From contig CANGJU010000003.1 of the NCBI GenBank assembly GCA_947453935.1, positions 1 to 58,429 of the forward strand: a stretch of DNA of 58,429 nucleotides. The letters run 5' to 3'. Position 1 is the first letter of the stretch. Each line of letters opens with the position of its first letter. The translations under genes and the position numbers were made by a program. This document shows, piece by piece, positions 10,257-19,252 of this stretch. Below the pieces are notes generated by a model that was not told where the DNA came from, did no database searches, and saw only the letters and a list, made by a program, of their open reading frames with translations. This stretch comes from Bacteroidota bacterium. Lineage in GTDB: Bacteria > Bacteroidota > Bacteroidia > AKYH767-A > OLB10.

Positions 10257-11696
10257 GTGAAAAAACTACACAAACTTGTTTTAACTTCTTTCGTCGGACC
10301 TTTCATCCTGACTTTTTTCATTTCACTGTTTGTGTTGTTGATGCAGTTTCTTTGGAAATACATTGATGATTTAATTGGGAAAGGTCTCGAGCCATGGGTC
10401 GTTGGCGAATTGTTATTTTATACATCTGCTAATTTAGTTCCCTTAGCATTACCTCTTGCCATTCTCGTTTCATCGATCATGACCTTTGGGAATATGGCAG
10501 AGCATTTTGAAATTACAGCTGCGAAGGCATCCGGAATTTCACTTCAACGCTTGATGCGTCCTTTGTTCTTAATTGCATTTGTAATAAGCATTGGCGCATT
10601 CTTTTTTTCGAATAACGTTTTGCCGTATACGAACTTGAAGATGGGGAGTCTGCTCTATGATATCCGACAACAGAAGCCTTCTTTGTCCATTCGCGAAGGT
10701 GCATTTTACAATGGTTTAGATGGCTATAGTATAAAGGTTGGAAAGAAAGGTAAAGATGGTAAAACACTTTACAACGTGATGATTTATGATCATACCGCTG
10801 GCGATGGAAATAAAAAAGTGGTGATTGCGGAATCAGGTATGATGCAGACTGCCAACAAGGATAAGTATTTAGTACTTACACTCAACAAAGGAGCTGTTTA
10901 CGAGGAGCAAAACAAAATTAAAAACGGATTTGATCATCACCCTTTGATGCGTAATTCGTTCGAGTCTTATAAAATCAGATTTGATTTATCTTCTTTCAAG
11001 TTGAACAGAACAAATGAAGATCTTTTTAAAGGTGGACATCAGATGATGAACATGAAACAGCTCGATGCATCGGTTGACACCTTTCAGACAGATTTGAAAA
11101 AACGATTGAAAGATGTGAATAATAACTTAAAGCCTTATTTCTTTTTCGTTCGCGATACAGTTGATGTTTTTTCGAAAGTAAAAACTGTTAAATCGATGAA
11201 TGTATTTTCAGATTCGAATAAGGTTTATCAGACCATGGCCTACGAAAATGCCATGAATCAGGCGCGCTCTATTCAGGCATATATGAATGGCACCTTCGAA
11301 GATTTAGATGGACGATATTACAATATCAATAAATACAAAGTAGAGTGGCATCGTAAGCTGACCTTATCTGCAGCGTGCTTTATTTTATTCCTGATTGGTG
11401 CGCCATTAGGAGCTATCATACGAAAGGGCGGTATGGGGTTGCCGTTAGTAATATCCATTATCTTCTTTCTGATTTATCATGTAACCAGTATCACAGGAGA
11501 AAAAATGTCAAAAGAGGGTGTGATTACACCTTTAACTGGGATGTGGCTCTCGGCCTTTGTTCTTTTACCTATCGGGATGTTTTTAATTTATAAAGCAACG
11601 CACGACTCTGCCTTATTCGATAGGGATGCCTACCGAAATTTTGGAAAGAAAATTTTAGGGATGTTGGGAAAATCAAATGTAAAAGGGGGGCAGTAA
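10257..11696 (+). CDS. LptF/LptG-family LPS export permease
   Basis: FLWKYIDDLIGKG, PLALPLAIL, EWHRKLTLS..C....LIGAPLG. Confidence 0.9.
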   Translation: MKKLHKLVLTSFVGPFILTFFISLFVLLMQFLWKYIDDLIGKGLEPWVVGELLFYTSANLVPLALPLAILVSSIMTFGNMAEHFEITAAKASGISLQRLMRPLFLIAFVISIGAFFFSNNVLPYTNLKMGSLLYDIRQQKPSLSIREGAFYNGLDGYSIKVGKKGKDGKTLYNVMIYDHTAGDGNKKVVIAESGMMQTANKDKYLVLTLNKGAVYEEQNKIKNGFDHHPLMRNSFESYKIRFDLSSFKLNRTNEDLFKGGHQMMNMKQLDASVDTFQTDLKKRLKDVNNNLKPYFFFVRDTVDVFSKVKTVKSMNVFSDSNKVYQTMAYENAMNQARSIQAYMNGTFEDLDGRYYNINKYKVEWHRKLTLSAACFILFLIGAPLGAIIRKGGMGLPLVISIIFFLIYHVTSITGEKMSKEGVITPLTGMWLSAFVLLPIGMFLIYKATHDSALFDRDAYRNFGKKILGMLGKSNVKGGQ

Positions 11697-11697
11697 T

Positions 11698-12888
11698 TTG
11701 AAGGTTTTACAACTTTGTTTAAAGGTTCCTTTTCCACCCAGTGATGGTGGTTGCATTGCTATGCATAACATGCAGAAATCGTGGTGGAGTAATGAGGTGA
11801 CTGTAAAAGTACTTACGTTTAATACGATAAAGCATCCTGTCGATTTACAAAAACTGCCTGCTGATTATGTAGCTAATACAAATATTGAAGGAGTCTTTCT
11901 CGATAATCGTATTAAACCTGTTGATGCGTTGAAGTCGTTGATGGCTGGAGAATCTTACAATATCAAGCGGTTTGTCAGTACTGATTTTGAAGAAAAGTTA
12001 AAATCGGTTTTAGTAAACGATCAATACGATGTAGTACAATTGGAAAGCTTATACATGGCTCCTTACATTGATGCGATAAGAGCAGTAAGCAAAGCGAATA
12101 TCGTATTTCGTCCTCATAACATTGAGTATAAAATCTGGCAGCGATTAGCAAAAAACACAATCAATCCGATTAAGAAATTTTATCTGAATATCCTGACAAA
12201 GCAATTAAAAAAGTATGAGCAAGGTGTTTTAAATAAAGTTGATTTGTTACTTCCACTAACATGGGAAGATGCACAGCTACTAACGAATATGCAGTGCCGA
12301 AAATCGATGATGGTACTTCCTATTGGTGTTAATGCAAATGAATACTCAGAAGTGCCCCAACCGAATAATCAGGTTGTATTTCACCTCGGGGCTATGGACT
12401 GGCTACCTAATGTAGAGGGTATTAGATGGTTTGTTAAGAAGGTCTGGCCGTTAGTTTTAAAAGAAAATAAGAATGCTGAATTAAGTCTGGCAGGAAAGGG
12501 TATGCCCGCTGATTTATTAAATCTTAATAGCGAGCGATTAAAAGTGGTCGACTATATATCCGATGCGCCTACATTTTTTAAAGAAGGGCAAGTTATGGTT
12601 GTTCCGTTGTTAAGTGGGAGTGGAATGCGTGTTAAAATTATTGAAGGTATGGCAATGGGGAAGGCCATTGTTACCACAAATATTGGACTGGAGGGTATAA
12701 TTGCGCAACATCAAAAAGAGCTATTGGTAGCAGATTCGGCCGAAGATTTTGCTGCCGCAGTCCTTCAATTATTGAACGATAACAGTCTGGTTGTGCGCTT
12801 GGGAAATGAGGCCCGTGAGCTTATTCAAACACGCTACGACCTACATTTTTTAGGGAAAAAGTGGAAAGAGTTCGTTGAAAATAATTAA
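11698..12888 (+). CDS. Glycosyltransferase family 4
   Basis: HNIEY, GAMDWLPNVEG, VPLLSGSGMRVKIIEGMAMGK. Confidence 0.9.
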   Translation: MKVLQLCLKVPFPPSDGGCIAMHNMQKSWWSNEVTVKVLTFNTIKHPVDLQKLPADYVANTNIEGVFLDNRIKPVDALKSLMAGESYNIKRFVSTDFEEKLKSVLVNDQYDVVQLESLYMAPYIDAIRAVSKANIVFRPHNIEYKIWQRLAKNTINPIKKFYLNILTKQLKKYEQGVLNKVDLLLPLTWEDAQLLTNMQCRKSMMVLPIGVNANEYSEVPQPNNQVVFHLGAMDWLPNVEGIRWFVKKVWPLVLKENKNAELSLAGKGMPADLLNLNSERLKVVDYISDAPTFFKEGQVMVVPLLSGSGMRVKIIEGMAMGKAIVTTNIGLEGIIAQHQKELLVADSAEDFAAAVLQLLNDNSLVVRLGNEARELIQTRYDLHFLGKKWKEFVENN

Positions 12889-13061
12889 TCTGATTAAGCA
12901 ATTCGAATAAAACATCAAGTGTAAATAATTGAATTGTAGCAAGTTGCACGTTTTTCGACTTTCTGCATTTTTTTTCAGGAAATTCCTTTTAAAAAAAGGT
13001 GTTTTATAAGGGATAATTTGTTAATATTGCAACCCCAAATTGTGGGTAAATTATAAGCATC

Positions 13062-13421
13062 ATGAACTTACTTCAAATAGCTGAACAAAACAGCATCGAA
13101 TTAAAGCAATGGCCTGACTTCAGAGCAGGAGATACAATTACGGTAAACTATAAAATTATCGAAGGTAACAAAGAGCGTGAGCAGTTGTTCCAAGGTGTAG
13201 TTATCCAACGTAAAGGAAGTGCAGCTACAGAAACTTTCACTATCCGTAAAATTTCAGGTGGTGTTGGTGTTGAGCGTATCTTTCCAGTAAATAGCCCTAA
13301 GATCATCAGCATCGAAGTTAATAAGCGTGGTAAAGTTCGTCGTGCACGTATTTTCTATCTACGCGATCAAGTTGGTAAGAGTGCTCGTATCAAAGAAAGA
13401 AAAGTTAATACAGCAAAATAA
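13062..13421 (+). CDS. rplS: 50S ribosomal protein L19
   Basis: [44 protein letters not shown]. Confidence 0.98.
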   Translation: MNLLQIAEQNSIELKQWPDFRAGDTITVNYKIIEGNKEREQLFQGVVIQRKGSAATETFTIRKISGGVGVERIFPVNSPKIISIEVNKRGKVRRARIFYLRDQVGKSARIKERKVNTAK

Positions 13422-13441
13422 TTTTCTTATTTATAAATTAG

Positions 13442-13472
13442 AAAGGCCTATCGGAAACGAAAGGCCTTTTTT
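13442..13472 (+). terminator. Intrinsic terminator after rplS
   Basis: aaaggcct / aggccttt stem followed by a T-run. Confidence 0.8.
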
Positions 13473-13516
13473 GTTGATTGTATCTTTTAGCCAATTTTAT
13501 CGTTTAATTTCAAACT

Positions 13517-14032
13517 ATGAAAGTCCGTCTAATAATTCTGTTTTTATACTTCTGCACTTGGAATGCTGTTGCGCAGGATTATAGCGTAGAGCGATTATTT
13601 AGAAAGGACAATTCAACGCTTAGTGTTTATGCCTTAAAGATTAAGAATGTCAGCAATGATAGCATCATCGTTTTACACGCACAAGAGGCGCAGTTTCCTC
13701 CGTTTATTAATACCTATAAGTGGGATGAAGCAAAAGGGGCTAAACAAAAAATGGTAATTCATCTTGGAAAAACATCAGACGAGTTAAATCCTGAGAAATA
13801 CCGCGCTACTAAGTCGCTGGCGCCACAAGAAACCGTTAGTATTTATTTTTCATTGCCAGCTAAATATGATAATACGGCGAAAGAAGTAGAGCTTTGGTTC
13901 TCCTTTTTAGTGAAAAAATACTTGGATGAATTCAAGAAGGCAGAGGTTAGTAATAGTCCCGACGCTATTCGCAGATGTAAGACCTTAAAAGAAAAGCATG
14001 GTCGCGTGGTGCATCGTTTCATAGCATTTTAA
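13517..14032 (+). CDS. Hypothetical secreted protein
   Basis: Signal-peptide-like N-terminus ending AVA-Q; no family recognised. Confidence 0.6.
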   Translation: MKVRLIILFLYFCTWNAVAQDYSVERLFRKDNSTLSVYALKIKNVSNDSIIVLHAQEAQFPPFINTYKWDEAKGAKQKMVIHLGKTSDELNPEKYRATKSLAPQETVSIYFSLPAKYDNTAKEVELWFSFLVKKYLDEFKKAEVSNSPDAIRRCKTLKEKHGRVVHRFIAF

Positions 14033-14124
14033 ACTGCTACTATTCAAATAATAAACTGATTTTTTCTTCGTTTATTAGTTTGACATTAAAATTCATTTTA
14101 TATTTACAAAAAAGCAGGTCATTT

Positions 14125-14412
14125 ATGAATGTAGATTTTCATTTATCTCCAGAAGTAGAAGAAGAGTTACTGGTTGAAACGGTAACCGATAGGTCGAAGT
14201 CGATTGTATTATACAACGATAATCATAACACTTTCGATTGGGTTATTAACTCCTTAATTAAGGTGTGTGATCACCATCCTGAGCAGGCCACACAATGCAG
14301 TTTTATTGTGCATTACAAGGGAAAGTGTTCAGTAAAAGAAGGGAGTATGGATAAATTAAAACCAATGAAAGAGGCATTAATCGATCGTGGCTTAAACGCG
14401 ACTATTGAATAA
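14125..14412 (+). CDS. clpS: ATP-dependent Clp protease adaptor ClpS (ATG at 14125 preferred over the track start at 14080)
   Basis: IVLYNDNHNTFDWVI, QCSFIVHYKGKC, GLNATI. Confidence 0.92.
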   Translation: MNVDFHLSPEVEEELLVETVTDRSKSIVLYNDNHNTFDWVINSLIKVCDHHPEQATQCSFIVHYKGKCSVKEGSMDKLKPMKEALIDRGLNATIE

Positions 14413-14861
14413 TGAATTTTTCAATTGCATTTTCGCTCGTACTAATTGTTGTTAGTTTTCTAAGTTTCTTGATGTATGCCGCGCAGAATTCCTTTAAGGG
14501 TTATCTGGCGTTTTCAATCATCGTTTATGGCTTAGCTTGTATCTGGATAGCCGATTATATCGGAATGCTGGGCGTTGTCGTTTTGTCGATTGCATACGCA
14601 GTTGTTCTTATACTTTTATGGACCAAATACAGAACGAATTTGTTTACTTGGTGGTCATCGTTTTCAGGTTTTCAAACGGACTTATCAGAAGTAAACATTG
14701 GAGATTCAGCAAGTACGATTACCTCATTGAAAATGGACGGATCGTTAAAATACAAAGGCCAGAAGTACTATGCACTGTCTAAGTCGATTGCTATACCAGC
14801 CAACTACTCAGTTACAATTGAAGGAATAGAGGGACATTATTTGGTAGTGCGACCAAATTAA
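14412..14861 (+). CDS. NfeD-like C-terminal domain membrane protein
   Basis: N-terminal TMs, then an OB-fold pattern (G...TSLK..G......YA.S...I.....V.I..IEG..LVV). Confidence 0.65.
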   Translation: MNFSIAFSLVLIVVSFLSFLMYAAQNSFKGYLAFSIIVYGLACIWIADYIGMLGVVVLSIAYAVVLILLWTKYRTNLFTWWSSFSGFQTDLSEVNIGDSASTITSLKMDGSLKYKGQKYYALSKSIAIPANYSVTIEGIEGHYLVVRPN

Positions 14862-14906
14862 TTCGAAGATTTTTACTGCTATCCTTGATTAAAGATATTT
14901 TTTTTC

Positions 14907-14914
14907 TACATTTG
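14907..14914 (+). promoter_or_regulatory. Bacteroidota -7 promoter box for tRNA-Arg
   Basis: tacatttg matches TAnnTTTG just upstream of the tRNA. Confidence 0.7.
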
Positions 14915-14931
14915 CAATCCGAAAGAAAAAT

Positions 14932-15005
14932 GGTTTCGTAGCTCAACTGAATAGAGCATCTGACTACGGATCAGAAGGTTAGGGGTTTGAATCCCTTCGA
15001 GACCA
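14932..15005 (+). tRNA. tRNA-Arg(ACG); CCA not encoded
   Basis: Acceptor GGTTTCG/CGAGACC, anticodon arm TCTGA-CTACGGA-TCAGA (ACG at 14966-14968), T-loop GTTTGAATC. Confidence 0.96.
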
Positions 15006-15022
15006 CTAGTGAATCAATCATG

Positions 15023-15050
15023 AACCCTGAGATTTATCTCAGGGTTTTTT
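15023..15050 (+). terminator. Intrinsic terminator after tRNA-Arg
   Basis: aaccctgagat / atctcagggtt stem plus T-run. Confidence 0.85.
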
Positions 15051-15060
15051 ATTTATTAGC

Positions 15061-15707
15061 TATTTAGCCAAGCTAGCTTGATGCTAAATAGGTTAAATAA
15101 ATAAAAATACGCAAAGCGTTCATGATTGATTTACAACTCGGGTAGAAGGGCTGATGGCGAAGCCAGCATCCCTTTATTTTATTGCCAAGCTCGTTTGAGT
15201 TATAATTAACACATAAAATGCGATCATCGAGGTGCAACCTCGATAGATGATTGATATTCAACTCGGGTAGAAGGGATGATGGCTTTGCCATCATCCCTTT
15301 ATTATAATAGTCCAGTTTAATCGATACAAAATTGCTTAATAAAGAAAGTTTTGTGGTTCCTGAGATCACTCGAAGGATCATGATTGATTTTTTTTAATCC
15401 CGAGTTCACCTCGGGAAGAACTCGGGTAGAAGGGCTGCGCTGAAGTAGAGCATTTTGCAAGCAAAATCACACTTCAGCGCATCTCGAGAAAATTTAGCCA
15501 AGCTAGCTTGAAGTTAAATAGGTCAAATAAATAAAAATAGCTTTGTGGTTCCTGAGGTCACTCGAAGGATCATGATTGATTTTTTTTAATCCCGAGTTCA
15601 CCTCGGGAAGAACTCGGGTAAAAAGGGAGGCGCACGAAGCGCGAATCCCTTTCACGTTTTTTGTCAAGCTCGCTTGAATCAAAATTAACACATGAAATGC
15701 AAGCATC
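15061..15707. repeat. Mosaic array of hairpin-rich repeats (REP/BIME-like)
   Basis: aactcgggta(g/a)aaggg-type motif at 15135, 15260, 15419 and 15611; 79-bp direct repeat at 15350-15428 and 15542-15620 (1 mismatch); 47-bp repeat at 15063-15109 and 15493-15539 (3 mismatches); caagct(a/c)g(c/t)ttga four times. Confidence 0.9.
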
Positions 15708-15757
15708 GCCTCTTTTGATTTTTCCGTTTTAATCAAAACTGAAACATTCAAATAATC

Positions 15758-15792
15758 AAAGTTGTTCATTCGGACAACTTTTAGTAACTTTG
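15758..15792 (+). promoter_or_regulatory. Putative operator palindrome plus -7 box of the TA operon
   Basis: aaagttgt-N8-acaacttt (15758-15781) next to taactttg (15785-15792). Confidence 0.6.
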
Positions 15793-15798
15793 TTCCGT

Positions 15799-16143
15799 AT
15801 GAGTGAAACAAAAATTAGGGTTGTCATCTTATTTAGAAATTATTTTTCTGACTTCTTTGTCAAGCAAAAACAGAAAGTGAAGGATAAAATAGTATGGACT
15901 TTAAGAATAATTGAAACTCAAAAACAAATCTCATCCGATTATTTAAAACATATAGAAGGAACGGAAGGACTTTATGAAATAAGGGTTCAACAAGGAAGCG
16001 ACATTTTTCGCATATTTTGTTTTTTTGATGATGGAAAGCTGGTTGTATTAGCAAATGGTTTTCAAAAGAAAAGTCAAAAAACACCTAAATCAGAAATTGA
16101 AAAAGCATTAAAAATTAAAAAAGAATATGAGCAAGAAAAATAA
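15799..16143 (+). CDS. Type II toxin, RelE/ParE superfamily (HigB/Gp49-like); ATG at 15799 preferred
   Basis: KHIEGTEGLYEIRV, FRIFCFFDDGKLVVLANGFQKKSQKTPKSEI. Confidence 0.9.
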   Translation: MSETKIRVVILFRNYFSDFFVKQKQKVKDKIVWTLRIIETQKQISSDYLKHIEGTEGLYEIRVQQGSDIFRIFCFFDDGKLVVLANGFQKKSQKTPKSEIEKALKIKKEYEQEK

Positions 16144-16429
16144 TATAAAAACACTCGATCAATTTGTTGATGAACAATACGGAAAGAAGGGCACAGCAAA
16201 GCGAGACAAGCTTGAAAAAGGGTATGAGTCATTTAAGCTTGGATTGTTGATTCAGCAGGCTCGACTTGAAAAAGGACTCACGCAGGAAGAGCTGGCTGAG
16301 AAATGTGGGACTAATAAAGGTTATATTTCTAAGATTGAAAACAACCTTAAAGAAGTGCGAATTTCAACACTACAAAAAATTGTTGAACTCGGTCTGGGTG
16401 GTCACTTGGAGCTTTCGATAAAACTTTGA
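16127..16429 (+). CDS. XRE-family HTH antitoxin (HigA-like)
   Basis: QARLEKGLTQEELAEKCGTNKGYISKIEN; overlaps the toxin 3' end, toxin-first order. Confidence 0.88.
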   Translation: MSKKNNIKTLDQFVDEQYGKKGTAKRDKLEKGYESFKLGLLIQQARLEKGLTQEELAEKCGTNKGYISKIENNLKEVRISTLQKIVELGLGGHLELSIKL

Positions 16430-16506
16430 TTTAAGCAGCAGAATTGGGCAGTTTATATGCAAAGATGGCTTTTGAATTTTTTTGCCAATTATAATATTAT
16501 GACCAA

Positions 16507-16540
16507 CAAAAAAATCCCGAAGCATCACCTCGGGATTTTT
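16507..16540. terminator. Bidirectional intrinsic terminator between convergent genes
   Basis: aaaaatcccga / tcgggattttt stem with an A-run on one side and a T-run on the other. Confidence 0.8.
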
Positions 16541-16562
16541 ACTATCATACTATTTTTAAATC

Positions 16563-18341
16563 TTATTTCTTCGCTTTTCCTTTTACCGGCTTTTCATTTT
16601 CAAATGTCACAATGAATGCATCGGTAAAGCCTGCTTGTATCATTATTTCTTTTAAGTTTTTTGCCGATTCGTAACTTGATTCGCTTCCAACAAAATATTT
16701 TAACCAGGTTTCTTCTCCATACGAACTTAACATTTCTGTGTCTGTCATTTGCGATAAGTTTTGCTCAACAACATCTTTTGGTAGTTGGTTAAATGCTCCA
16801 ATCTGTACTTTGTATTGAATGCCTTTATTTATAACTTTTTCAATCACTTTAGCTTCTTTCTTAGCATTTAATGGCTCGTACGACATCCCTCTGATTTCAC
16901 TGCCGTCAGTTGTGTTACCACCATTGGCAGTTAGGTTTTCATCAACAGTACCAACTTCAGTTAAACGTAAATTGCTAATCGCTAAGTCTTCTGAACCTGC
17001 TTTATTGCGATTCAGATATATATTCTGAATATAACTTCTATCGTTAAATTCACCAAAGCGAACTGTCTCCGATTTTATCTGATATCCTTTTACTTCAACA
17101 CTGTAATTATAAGCTCCTGTTCCAGGTAGTTCAACGCTGTACTCTCCTGATTTTATATCTGTATTAATAATAGCGATGTAATCAGGATTGTTATTTTTTG
17201 TAATGGTAATAATTGCTGACTTTAAGTTAGGTTCACCTATGCATTTAAACTTTCCTGTCACAGCAATTGAAAGCTCCTCTAAATTCATATACGGAACTTT
17301 TAATACAGATACTTTTCCTTTTGATGCATCACGCTGACTCGTTACATACGCAAATTGATCAACACCTGATGAGATATAGCAATAGTCATCATCCGGAGAG
17401 TTAACAGGAGATCCCATATTCTCAGGCTTGCCCCATTTTTTCGATTCGCTGTTATAAACTACTTTGAAGATGTCTAATCCACCAGTTGAATTATGTCCGC
17501 GGCTGCTGAAATACAATACACGTCCATCTGAATTACAAGTAGGGTATAGCTCATCATCAGCTGTATTAATCACAGCATCTAATTTAATTGCAGCGCCCCA
17601 GTTTCCGCTAAGGTCTTTTTCTACTCTGTAAATATCCTTGCTTTTATTTTCTTTAGAGGCACTGAAATACATTACACGTCCATTAGCACTTAAAAAAATA
17701 GTAGGCTTGTCGTCTTTAATGCTCTTACTTTCTTTGATAATCTGATCTGGCATACTCAATAATTTACCTGCATCAGCCGTAAATTCATATTTAGTATAAA
17801 AGTTAGTAGCTTCTGTCACATCGGTTTCTAATACTTCACTTAATTGCTCAATATTTAAAAGATTCTTCGCATTCATCACCATATCGATGTGTTTAGCTAT
17901 CGCAAAAGGATCGTTTTGCTTTTTACCAATGATAGTGGCATATTCTGAAAATGCTTTTGCTGCCTCATCAAATTTGTAAGTTAAATGGCAAGCTCTTCCA
18001 TAGTAGTAGTAAATATCCTCCGGACTTCTATCATCATCCATGGCTTTCTTTAAATAAGGAAGGGCTGACGATTTATCAGCTTCAACTATCAACGCACAAA
18101 TACCATAATAGTAATTGTACTTATAGTTATTGGGATTCTTACTTAAAAGCTCCGAGTAAAGTACTGATGCTTTTTCGTATTGCTTCGCTAAATATAGTTT
18201 TTCAGCAGCTTTTGCCTGCTCTGATTCCGTCATGCCCGTAGAATATTTAGCAGGCTTATCAAAGGTAATGGCCTTTGAATGTTGGACTCCAGAAACTACA
18301 ATTGACGATGCAATAGTAACGGAAAGTAGAAAATTTTTCAT
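16563..18341 (-). CDS. Secreted TPR + PD40 + beta-sandwich + SPOR-like protein (PorE-like)
   Basis: Signal peptide; TPR-like helices; PD40 repeats (INTADDELYP, YFSSRGH..GGLDIF, NMGSPVNSPDDD); C-terminal YKVQIGAF...GFTDAFIV. Confidence 0.7.
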   Translation of the reverse strand: MKNFLLSVTIASSIVVSGVQHSKAITFDKPAKYSTGMTESEQAKAAEKLYLAKQYEKASVLYSELLSKNPNNYKYNYYYGICALIVEADKSSALPYLKKAMDDDRSPEDIYYYYGRACHLTYKFDEAAKAFSEYATIIGKKQNDPFAIAKHIDMVMNAKNLLNIEQLSEVLETDVTEATNFYTKYEFTADAGKLLSMPDQIIKESKSIKDDKPTIFLSANGRVMYFSASKENKSKDIYRVEKDLSGNWGAAIKLDAVINTADDELYPTCNSDGRVLYFSSRGHNSTGGLDIFKVVYNSESKKWGKPENMGSPVNSPDDDYCYISSGVDQFAYVTSQRDASKGKVSVLKVPYMNLEELSIAVTGKFKCIGEPNLKSAIITITKNNNPDYIAIINTDIKSGEYSVELPGTGAYNYSVEVKGYQIKSETVRFGEFNDRSYIQNIYLNRNKAGSEDLAISNLRLTEVGTVDENLTANGGNTTDGSEIRGMSYEPLNAKKEAKVIEKVINKGIQYKVQIGAFNQLPKDVVEQNLSQMTDTEMLSSYGEETWLKYFVGSESSYESAKNLKEIMIQAGFTDAFIVTFENEKPVKGKAKK

Positions 18342-18499
18342 GAGAATTTGTATTAAAATTCATGGCTTTCTACGGAATTGAAAACTAAACAGTTTCAATA
18401 TGTTTCAATAAATTCAAATTAAAACATGACTTTCGATACTGTTTGCAAAATTTTGAAAACTAGTTATTTGTAAGTTGCTGGTGAAAAGTCTACGAAATA

Positions 18500-19138
18500 T
18501 CAACTGCTTTTTTTTGATAAAAATCCAACCTTCGATTCCTCATTTTTTAGTAATCGCTCGATGTTCTTTTGATGGGTAATGAATACAAGAATACAAACGA
18601 AAATTGAAAATATATTGATACTTGGAATTGACTCATGATAGATAAACATTACCGAAATTGGAAATGAAAGAGAAGCCAATAAAGAGCTGACCGATACATA
18701 ATGAGTCAATAATAACGAAAGAGTAAAAACGCCTGCACAAATTCCGGCTGCCCCTAAATGCACTGCACATAAAATTCCTAATAACGTTGCAACTCCCTTA
18801 CCACCTCTAAATCCAGCGAACAATGGATAAATATGTCCGATTAACGCAGCCATCGCTAAACATAGTTCGAGGTTCATAAACTGTTGCGTATGGGGATAGT
18901 ATTTAGACGTCAACCATACCAGCTTTACCGCCAGGAACCCTTTGAAAATATCAATGAATAAAACTGGGAATCCTGCTTTTTTACCAAGTACTCTGAAAGT
19001 ATTTGTTGCACCTGCATTGCCACTTCCGTAATCACGTACATCAATATTGTACATCATTTTACCAATCCAAACAGCGGAAGGCACAGAACCTAACATATAG
19101 GCTAGCAAAATCAATGAAATGGTTGTGAAGCTTATCAT
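18500..19138 (-). CDS. plsY: Glycerol-3-phosphate acyltransferase
   Basis: YMLGSVP, GSGNAGATN, GHIYPLFAGFRGGKGVAT, HQKNIERL. Confidence 0.97.
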   Translation of the reverse strand: MISFTTISLILLAYMLGSVPSAVWIGKMMYNIDVRDYGSGNAGATNTFRVLGKKAGFPVLFIDIFKGFLAVKLVWLTSKYYPHTQQFMNLELCLAMAALIGHIYPLFAGFRGGKGVATLLGILCAVHLGAAGICAGVFTLSLLLTHYVSVSSLLASLSFPISVMFIYHESIPSINIFSIFVCILVFITHQKNIERLLKNEESKVGFLSKKSS

Positions 19139-19252
19139 GTTTTATCAAAAATAGTTAGAAACCACTTTTTATTTAAGGTTAGATTAAAGATTTATTAATA
19201 AATAGGATGTTTTATTTATCTAACGACTGTTATTCAATTGTTTAAATTTCAA

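Noticed and set aside
15643-15651. attR-like copy of the tRNA-Arg 3' end (gaatccctt, also at 14989-14997)
   Set aside because: Only 9 bp, does not include the tRNA terminus, and there is no integrase; likely chance.
15061-15707. CRISPR array
   Set aside because: Unit spacing is irregular (125, 159, 192 nt), long segments between motifs are themselves duplicated, and there are no cas genes in the window.
15073-15811. Two 102-aa minus-strand ORFs sharing the ending IFIYLTYL(A/T)SS
   Set aside because: The shared ending is just the 47-bp DNA repeat read in the same frame; the rest looks non-coding and no family is recognisable.
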